A DNA stretch of 64,000 nucleotides from Squalus acanthias. Taxonomy: Eukaryota. Shown one piece after another: positions 54,441 to 64,000 of the stretch (position 1 is its first letter; each line of letters starts with the position of its first letter). Location of the stretch: positions 42,532,001 to 42,596,000 of the forward strand of contig CM059446.1 of the NCBI GenBank assembly GCA_030390025.1, in the 5' to 3' direction. The position numbers and the translations under genes were made by a program. A model generated the notes under the pieces. The model saw only the letters and a program-made list of their open reading frames with translations, did no database searches and was not told the origin of the DNA.

Positions 54441-55959
54441 ATTTGAGGGTTTGTGGAGGGAAAGAATCAGATGCTCTTAAGGGGAGAATGATGTCAGGGA
54501 GAGGGAGCGATTCTAGTTATGAAGTCGGAGGGAAAATTATCTCTGGCTTTGCTGAGGTCACAAAGAAAAGTTAATGGGCCCATATTGTAATACCGCATAT
54601 CCTCCGATTCACTTTGAACAATGCCAGGGGCAAACCACTAGTAATTTAATAAAAAGGGTAGACAGAAAAACACTTTTTAAAACGAATTACCAACCATGAT
54701 AGATGATCAAGGAACACAAAATTATCCTTGATTGAAGGTGATAATATCGTTCAACTAGTCAAACCAAAGGCTTCACTGGCATCATTTCAAGTTGCTTCTC
54801 TTTCAAGTTCCACACACCATTCTCCAGGCAAAAAGGGAACTCTGCAGCTATTACCGTTTCAAAATCTCTGCCAGGCCATTTTTGGAGGACTAACTAAACC
54901 AGAACCAGGGTAAAAGCCGGAAAACCAGTGATCAACGTCTCTTTCCAGACTGAACCAGTAACTTTCCTTTGAAAAATGATTCATGGTTCAGTGAGTTTAA
55001 ACTCGAGTAGCTGACTCACACAGACCAGGAAAAGTTCCAGCTTTGATCTTCATCCTGTGGTGAAATGAGTGCGTCTCAGCGGCAGGGGGTTGGAAGCGGA
55101 TGAGGGGAGGGGGGGGCAGGGGGAGAAAGAGAAGGGAAAAAGAAACGAGAATTTAAAAATTGGTCAGGGTTCCTTCTCAGCAAGTTATAAACTGGAACAC
55201 ACTGCCTGAAAGGGTGGTGGAAGCAGATTCAATAGCAACTTTCAAAAGGGAATTGGATAAATACTTGAATGAGAAAAATTTGCAGGGCTATGAGGAAAGA
55301 TAGAAGTGGGACTAATGGATAGCTCTTTCAAAGAGCGAGCAAAGGCACAATGGGCCCAATTGCCTCCTTCTGTGCTGTATCATTCTATGATTAATTGCTA
55401 TCCTGCAACTGCTGTTACAAACAGAGCTGTGTGAAGACAGGGTCAAGTTTGGCTATGATGCCCACTGCAGCCAAATAATTTGCCAACATTCACCATCAAG
55501 TCTCATATGAATAATGGCCACTTAGAGGAGGTACCAGAGGATGATCAGCAGCCATGGAACTGTACCCCAATCATCAAGAGGAGAGGGGGTGGGGGGGAAG
55601 GAAGAGAAAAACAGGAGTAAATTGGTAGAAAGGGAGGGGGGGGGGGGGGAAGTGATTCAGCATGCTTCTCAACAAAAAAGTCAGAAGTGAACAAAGTTAG
55701 CAGTTTAGTTGTGTTGAGCAGTGTTGCACACGAAAAGCATTAGCATGAACAGACTAAAAAGATTTTTCAGAATAAGATGCTTCCTAGTGAGAACTGAAAG
55801 GTGGCCAAGTCTGAGGAAATTAGGTTTCTTTTTAGTATTTTTTTTGGGGGGGGGGGGGGGGGGGTGGCGGAAGAGGTGTATTTCTAGTTTGTATATGGAT
55901 ATGTAGGGATGAGAAGTGAAGGTGTCTGGATTTTAGTCAGGTTGGACCTTAATCTAGGG

Positions 55960-56325
55960 AGACAATCCAGTGCAGCACTGAGACAGTGCTGTACAGTTGG
56001 AGATACCATCCTTTGGAAAAGATAGCAAATCAAAGTCCTATCTACCTGTTCCAATGGTTTATACTGATTGTTAAAGATCCCATTGCACAACTGGAGGAGC
56101 AGGAAGATTTCCCAGTGTCCTGATCAGTATTCCTCTCTGAACTACCACCATTAAAAAACAGATTAGCTGGGCAATCATCTTAATCCTGATTATGGGATCT
56201 TATGTGCAAAATTGCTGTTGTGTTTTCCTGCAAATGAGTCACAGCACTTGAAAATAATTAATTGCATTTGAAGCACTTTGAAATGGGTCTGAGAGATGTA
56301 AAAAGACACTATATAAATGTCTTTT
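55960..56325 (+). mobile_element. Degenerate DeuSINE-like SINE
   Basis: Similar to the body and tail of 61880-62175. Confidence 0.5.
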
Positions 56326-56522
56326 TTCACTTTTTCCATCATCATAGAAATAGCCTCCATCAACACCATGCAAAGTACCTTCTCTCAGGTCATCATAGCA
56401 GCATTCTTTGGTTAGAAGTGTGCAATATTCAAAAGGTCAGTACTTACAATTACTGCAAAATATTAATTCAAAATAACATGGTAAAAATTGAAAAAGGTTT
56501 CATTCGCATATAATGCACTCAC

Positions 56523-56556
56523 CAAAATGCAGTCCACTTTTGATTGTACAGTTTTG
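56523..56556 (-). CDS. RFX7: RFX7 exon 3 (34-bp micro-exon)
   Basis: TTTCTCTCCACAG acceptor and GTGAGT donor (56522-56517). Encodes KTVQSKVDCIL, joining in frame to QEV of exon 4. Confidence 0.92.
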
Positions 56557-57784
56557 CTGTGGAGAGAAAGAAAATTCATTAGTAACATCCTGTAACTACA
56601 GCTAACCTCGGCAAATGACCAAAATAAGTTGCAATGTTGAATTCGTGAACTTTATAGAAAAATACAAATTTATAGCGGTGCACTCATCCTTGCTCCTCGA
56701 AGAGCTGAAACATTTTGACTAATGTGGTGCCAGTTTTGTACTATCAGTGCATGATACTGCTCTCCTGAGGCACATTACCATAATGGTTTTATGATTGGTG
56801 TGCATTTGAAGATAATGCCTTGGAGACCGAGGCGTTATCAGTTCTGTTTTTAATTTTTAAATACAATGTACAATTTTGTTGACGTTTTAGCAGGCTGTCT
56901 GCTCTAAAAAGTCTACATAAAATTCTAGCCAGAGATCCAAAGACATCTTTTTGAAACATTGCACAGGAAAGAAGTCAATGCCACTTCCATGATTTAATTA
57001 AGACTAACTTCAATTTTTATGCAAACTAACAGAAATTGAAGGTGGAAAATACACTTATTGACGTGGCCATACATAGTCTTTTCATTCCTGGAATAAATTC
57101 TGTATCCGGTGATATGACATCATGCAATATTATTCAAACAAAGATAACAGTCAACGAGAGAGAGAGAGAGAAATCAAATATTTTTCACAAAGGCAAGTAC
57201 AGAGGCGGGAAGTTATTCAGCCCACAGCCAACACCATATCTAAAATCTTCCTTTCCTCTCTGAAGTTCTGGAACGAGTTATGGTTTTGCAAATATGCTTC
57301 CAACTCTCCTTATCAGAGTCCGTTCAACCCAGATTCCAATTTGTCCGCAGTACTGAGATTACATTGGTCAAAGTCATATTAATTGTTTTCTTACAAACAG
57401 CTCTCAGGTGCTGACAGAGAGTCGAAGTAGCAGTACACTATAGAAAGTATTATACAATATATTTTATGCCCTGTGGCATTGCTCACAGATGAAAAATAAA
57501 GGGTTTAGTACTCGAGACAGAAATTCCTTCGCTCAAATCTTTTTCGTGAACCACCCCCTCCCCTCCAAACACACACAAGGTCACAATATATCGGACCAGT
57601 TTCCAATCTGTGCCTTGCCTGTTTGACACAATAGGAAGCTTTGGTTACAGGCAGCTCTGTGTTATTCTGAGCCTCTAAGTTGCTCTACATTGTAGTGCGC
57701 TTGGATGTGCAACTAACATATACTGCGAGGTCACATTTCCCAGCACTGGTTGGGTACTTTGGACTATGGCCTAGCTTGCTCCCC

Positions 57785-57900
57785 AATCAGTGATCTGGAT
57801 GAGCCAAAGCTTCCTCCAGCTCAATGCTAGTAAAACTGAGGCCATCCTCTGCAGCACCTCTCACCACCCCCCTCCTCAGGTTCATCAACGTCCCTGGCTG
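57785..57900 (+). mobile_element. L2 LINE fragment
   Basis: Encodes WMSQSFLQLNASKTEAIL, the L2 RT motif WMxxNxLxLNxxKTE. Confidence 0.55.
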
Positions 57901-58084
57901 CCATCTCTTCAGCCCACACAAAAACTAAGCACCGTCAGACAAACCATTCCCAGGCCTTCAAAATTGTTCAGAGCCTAAACTGTCTGCAAGGTAGTTTATG
58001 AAAGTGACCTAAAGCTGTATCTCTCTACCCTGAATACACCTGATCTAATAACAGGCACTAACATCACAATACTGCTCCCCACTG

Positions 58085-59020
58085 GAACTACCTCAACTCC
58101 ATTTATCAGCCTTTGCTCCATATCCCTCGATATCCTTACCGATCAAAAATCTATCGATCTCAGCTTGAAAATTTCAATTAATCCAGCATCCACAGTCTTT
58201 TGCTGGAAGAGAGTTCCAGATTTCTACTACCCTTTGTGTGGAAAAAGTGTGTCCTGATTTCACTCCTAAGTGGCCTAGCTCTAATGTTAAGATTGAGCCC
58301 CCTTGTTCTGGATTCAGAAGAAAATCAGAGGAAATAGGTTCTCTGTACATACCCTATTGAATCCCCTTTATCATGTTTAAGACCTCTTTTAGATCACCCT
58401 TCAACCTTCTAAACTCAAGGGAATACAAACCAAGTTTATGAAACCTGTCCTCATAATTTAAGCCTTTAAGCCCTGGTACCATTCTGTTGAATCTGTACTG
58501 TACCTCCTCCAAGGCCAATATATAGTTCCTGACATTTAGTGCCCAGAACTACTGAACCATCACTTCCTCACTTTTGTATTCCAACCTCCTTGAGATAAAG
58601 GCTCACATTCCATTAGCCTTTCTGATTACTTTTTGTACCTGTGCACGAGCTTTCAGTAATTTGTGTACCCTCCACAGCTCCTGGTCTCTCACCATTAAGA
58701 AAATATTTGTCTTTCTCAGATCCAAAATGGAGAACCTTACACTCATCATATTGAACTCCACCTGCCATAGTTTGGCCCACTTAGTCTGTCTATGCCTCTT
58801 TGTAACTTCCTGCTCCCATCTACACAACGTACTGTTACACAACCTAACTTAGTGACATCTGCAAACTTGGATATACAACTGTCTATTCCTTCCTCCAAGT
58901 CATTTATATGATGAAAAGCTGATGCCCCAGTACCGATCCCTGAGGAACACCACTTGCCACATCCCGCCAATCAAAGAATATTCCCTTTATCCCTACTCTC
59001 GGTCTCCTACCTCCCAACCA
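58085..59020 (-). mobile_element. CR1 LINE fragment, degenerate
   Basis: Encodes HINDLEEGIDSCISKFADVTKLG and QVQKVIRKANGM. Confidence 0.8.
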
Positions 59021-61334
59021 ATGGATAGCCTGCTGGTACTCAATGGTACAATTCACAAATGAAGAAAGTCAGAGGACTATCATTGCTAGTGGGACTATAT
59101 CCCAGTAAAAATCACTGCCTCAGAAGGGAAGGGTTAAGGAAAGAAAATGGACTGGAGAGATACTGTTCCCTAGAACAGCTGCTACAGCTTGTACAGTACA
59201 TTTTACCATTACAACCCAGTGCTTGGATACCAAGCATTGTTACATATTGGAACAAGGGGTGTGCTCTTGTAAATATCCAGTGACATAGCATGAAAAGGTT
59301 GGGAGTAAAGGTCCAACAAACTTATAAACAGTGGTAATGTTATAATTGAAGAGGGTTATCATGAGGGTGTTATGCACGATGAAATAACACATTCCAAGCA
59401 AGGAGTCAGACCTAAACTTAATGAAAACTTGTTCCCGTTAAACACTGCAGAAGAAGATACCAATTTTTCTGAGTTTCATTGCTAGACAATGTTTATAATG
59501 AAAGTAGGCGATTATAAAAGATGCATGCAGTTTTGAAACAGTCTGACATTACACGGGAATTATCACAATTTCAAGACAAATGAGCGAGGACAAAATATCT
59601 GAGTAAACCATTCTCTATTTCAAGTCTTAGTGGGACTTACTCCTCAGCTGATTCACCGGCACTCTGACAGACCAGTGGGCTGTGGATGATAGCATTACTG
59701 GTTGACTCCGTTTTCCCCCCCCTCTAACGTTCTTCTCTCATAGTTGTGTGGTGCAACGAACTGATCAGTGGCCGAACATTCTGCAGCACTGGATGTTCAA
59801 TGTTTTTTTTTTAAATATCCCAAATTCTAATGGCCTTTTTTGCTCATTTACAAAAATTGTAATTACATTTAGAAAACACATGCATAGCTGCTAAGCTACA
59901 AACAGCTGTCAACAGTTAGCCTTGACTGTTACTAGAGTGTGATTTGTTATGTGCACCACAATAAAAGAGTATAAACGCTTTTTTCTATACCAATTTACAA
60001 ACCTATACGAACTACTTGACCCATTTTGGGTGCAGCATTACAAGGACTTCATGGGTTCAAGTTGACTTGCAGACACCATCACCTTCTCAGGGCAACTAGG
60101 GATGGACAATAAATATAGCCTTGTTAGGGTCACCCACACTCGAAGAACATAAATAAAACAAGGAGTCAGTAATGAGGGTTCGCCAATTTAAAACTGTGAC
60201 GAGAGAAAGAGCGAGACAGAGACAGACAGACATTCTTTAGTTAAATGATTGTTGCAACACGAAATGTTTTGCCACAAAGAGTGATTAAGGCGAAGACTAT
60301 TACATCTTCTGAGAGAAGACTGGATAAATATTTCAAGCCAAGGAAGATACAGGACTATGGGGAGATAAAAGGGCAGGGGGTTAGTTGTAAAGTATTTTAG
60401 CAAAGAGTCAGCACAGACACAAAGGGCTCAATGGCCTCCTGTGCTGTAAACTTCAATGATTTATCATCTAGAAATCTCAATAAAATTATGTTTTAGTAAT
60501 CACTTGGAATCCACTAAACTTCATAAGATATAAAGTGCTACTTTTATTCAGTAACTTCTCCAATCACGAGACTGCCTACATTACAGTACATGACTACACT
60601 TAAAAAAAGGACTTCATTGGCTGTAAAGCGCTTTGGGACGAAAGTCCGGTGGTCGTGAAAGGCGCTATATAAATGCAAGTCTTTCTTTCTTTTCTTTGCC
60701 ATACACTATTTTCCAGGTAAATATCTAGCAATTATCCCAACATTAAAAAAATTCCAAGATATAACATATAACCATATGGCAAATGCAATAGTCATAATGG
60801 TAATCAGTTGTTTCAGCTCAATATATCCTGTCAGAAAATAATACATTTTCCAGCAAAAACTCTTGGTCTAACGGCAATTGTGTACTAAATAAATCTGCCA
60901 CTTGATTCCAAGATGCATGGCAAAACTGAACAGCCATAATAGCTGCGAATAAAAATACTGCAACAGCAACAATTCCTCAGGAAAGTTCATAAATTTAGAG
61001 GGTGCCCCATGGACTAACATACAGAGTCAATCCAAAAGCTGGTTACTGATGGTTCAGTGACAATTTAAACTCTTCACTTCCACATCAAATCAGCCAGTAC
61101 GGATTTGTACCGTACTCCAGTCACGCTTAATATTTCTGTATTATTCGAAAGTCTTATGCAATCGTGGGTTATTGGTTGGGCAACTAATTAATGTAGTAAA
61201 TTAAAAATGTAGTCTGAATGTGCAAAGGTTTATTCAGCAGGATATTAACACTTTATTGTGCAAGATACTAAACACTTACTCAAGTGAACGCCGCAGCATT
61301 TTCATATTGGATTGAAAGCATCCAAAGAACAAAC

Positions 61335-61762
61335 CAACTTCCATTTATATAGTGCCTTTTACATCCTCAGGATATTCAAAAGCACATTACAAGCAATGGA
61401 TTACTTTTGAAGTGCTGCAAGTGTTGTTATATAGGCAAACATGGCAGTTAACTTATGCATAACAAGTTCCCACAAACAATAAATAAATGAATGATCAAAT
61501 AATCTGTTTTGGCAGTGTTGCTATGTTGGCCAGGACACCAGGAGAATTGTCTGCTCCTCTTTGAATAGTGCCGTAGGACCTTTTACATCTAACTGAGGAG
61601 GTAGACAGGGCCTTGCGTGTAATGTTGCATCTGAAAGACAGTGCGTCCAACAATGCAGCACTCCCTCGGTACTGCATTGTGTTCCAGTCTGCAGTGGGGC
61701 TTGAACCTATAAACCTTCCAACTCAGAGGTGACAGTGCTGCCAACTGAGTCAAGCTGACACT
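61335..61762 (-). mobile_element. DeuSINE-like SINE
   Basis: Reverse-complement homologue of 61795-62175, head GTGTCAGCTTGACTCAGTTGG...GGTTCAAG. Confidence 0.7.
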
Positions 61763-61794
61763 GCCAAGAACATGAACAATCAAATACATTAAAG

Positions 61795-62175
61795 TGTCAG
61801 CTGTGGCTCAGTGGTAGCGCTCTCGTCTCTGAATCAGAAGGTTGTGGGTTCAAGGTGCAGAGACTTGAGCACATTATCTAGGCTGACACTTCAATGCAGT
61901 ACTGAGGGAGTGCTGCAATGTCAGAGGTGACGTCTTTTGGACGAGACGTCAACCGAGGCCCTCTCAGGTAGATGTCAAAGATCCAACGGTATTATTCGAA
62001 GAGCAGGGACGTTCTCCCAGTGTCCTGGCCAACATTTATCCCTCAACCAATACCTAAAACAGATAGTCTGGTCATTTATTTTATTGCTCTTTGTGGAAGC
62101 TGGCTGCGCACAAATGGATGTAAAGCGTTGGGGACGTCCTGAGGTCATGAAAGACGCTGCATAAATGAAAGTCGT
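61795..62175 (+). mobile_element. tRNA-derived DeuSINE-like SINE (SacSINE1-like)
   Basis: A box TGGCTCAGTGG and B box GGTTCAAG, central CAGTACTGAGGGAGTGCTGCA domain, L2-like tail AAAGCGTTGGGAC...ATAAATG. Confidence 0.72.
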
Positions 62176-64000
62176 TCCTTTTTTCTTTACATAATTTACA
62201 AACTGCAAAGACCAAAACCACAGTGCTGCTTCTTTTAGGTCCCAACTTGAGAAACATTTTTTTTGGCGTAGAGAATGATGAACCAATGGAAAATGAAGAT
62301 AACTGCAATATAAAATAAAATATAAAGCAAAAATAAAATGTCTCGGACAAGTGTACTTGATTGGGAGAAAAACAATTATAGGAAGATAAAAAGTCATTGT
62401 GCCCAGATTAATTGGAAGCAAAAGCTAGTAAAATGTACTACACATTAACAATGGAAAATGTTTAAACAGGAAATGGAGGGGGTGCAAATTAAGTTTATTT
62501 CAATAAGGAAAGAGGGAGTGTATTGAATAATGGGGTTCCATGGATGAATAGGGAGATTACATCAAATTTGAAACCTTAAAAGAAAAGCAGTTGGCATTTA
62601 CAGAGCAAATAAAAATGAAAAATAAAGGAAAATTACAAAAGAAGAAATTTGAAATGTCAAATCGATATATGAAAGAAAATGAGCAAAAAAGACAAAGTTT
62701 TTTTTAAATGAACGCATTAGTACTAAGAGGATAGTTGGGGTTGGGCCAAGAAGAGGAAACAAACCCATTGTAGAGAAAGAATGCCAGCAGGTATTGGATA
62801 GGTACTTTACCTCAGAAAGGGGGAGGTAAATATTGGGATTGTAGAATCACAAAATTAAAAGGAGGCTGCTATTCAAAGAAAAATGACACTAAAGTTAGTC
62901 AAACTTAAAGTAGAGAAATCACTGGAATCTGATGGTTTATATCCGAGGATTAGTGTTATAAGGCATGAATCCTCGAAGATCCAAGGGTATTGCAAAAGCA
63001 AAGGGACTGTTCGGATGTATTCCAGGACGATTAAATAATAAACAAGAAATACTGTACTGTCATTGTACAAGGCATGTGCTGCCAGACAGGACTTCACATC
63101 CTCCTCAATCCCAACCACCCTAATTGCTCCAGATCCTGGGCCTAACCCAGTACTCCTAAACTTCAGCATTACCCAGTACTCCAGAACCCCACTTTGCAGA
63201 GTACTGACAGACATTACAATCAAGCTTCCTCCAACCCTACCTGTTGAGTGGTCCTAGATGCCAAATCCACTTGTGCACCCAAGGCTCAGACACCAGGCTC
63301 CAAGACCTCACCTTCCATGAGTATTCCAAATTAGCACCACCCACTACAAAACTGCCTCCCAGATCCAGTCCATTGGTCCACTTCTCCCATGCGTCAACCC
63401 CAGGCCTTACCACTCCCCGCATCACTATTCATTCCAGCCTGAGTTCCAGTCCCCCTCCCCCTTTCTCTTTTGTGGGTTCCACCATCTTCTGGCTAGCTTC
63501 GCCCTGCTTGATCCTGGTACTTCAACATAATGAATATAGCCTACCGTCTTGCTGCGTACCTTCGGTTTCAAAACAGTAAAAAGATAAAAATACATTTGTC
63601 AACTAAAATGTACAAGAGTGAGAGATAGATTGGGAGAGATACAGAAGGCAAAGCAGAGACTTGCACAGTGAGTGAAAGAATTCAAGAGACATTAACCACA
63701 ATGAGAAAAAGTGTTGGAAATGTAGAGAGAGAACAAGAGAGCAACACAAAGAATGAGAGAGTAGGAAAGAGAGTTGCAAGAAAAGAGATAATTTTGCTTT
63801 TGTTTTTCTCCAGGGAAGAGGAGGCAGAAAGGGAAAACTTAAGGTAGGAGAGTGTAGGGGGAGTGAAAGGGATAAGGTGGGCAAGTTGCAGTAGAGCAAT
63901 TGAGATGCTCTAGTATTATTAAAAAGATGTTTCCAGACATCTCCTTGATCTATGGCAATCAGGTGACGGTTAATATATTCATCGGCCGTGTGGTTACTAA

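Noticed and set aside
61795-61860. tRNA gene
   Set aside because: A and B boxes are present, but there is no full cloverleaf and the sequence continues into a SINE body.
56557-64000. RFX7 exons 1-2 or the start codon
   Set aside because: No matching exon was found here; they presumably lie beyond the window, so the CDS is 5'-partial.

Overview
Vertebrate genomic DNA, most likely from a cartilaginous fish (inferred from shark-type CR1, HE1/DeuSINE-like SINEs and Penelope-type ends). The minus strand carries eight coding exons of RFX7 (exons 3-10 by human numbering, 56556 to 23561; earlier exons lie beyond 64000). These include a U12-type AT-AC intron and a probable 3' UTR of about 8 kb. Downstream, in a CpG-rich promoter, is the 42-nt first coding exon of NEDD4 (2214 to 2173), which the ORF track misses. 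The rest is intron or intergenic DNA rich in CR1, RTE and L2 relics, SINEs, and Tigger-like and hAT MITEs. Main observations: (1) five tiny TSD-flanked Penelope-type insertions from two families, four of them fold-backs, carrying minimal hammerhead-ribozyme motifs with covarying stems; (2) repeated template-switch footprints, namely two perfect templated insertions of nearby DNA, three 26-36 bp microinversions and a ~95 bp duplication around a one-ended MITE; (3) a candidate 59-nt poison exon in RFX7 intron 8; (4) a ~190-nt hairpin in the RFX7 3' UTR. Gene and family names come from recognising the sequence by eye; no database search was run.
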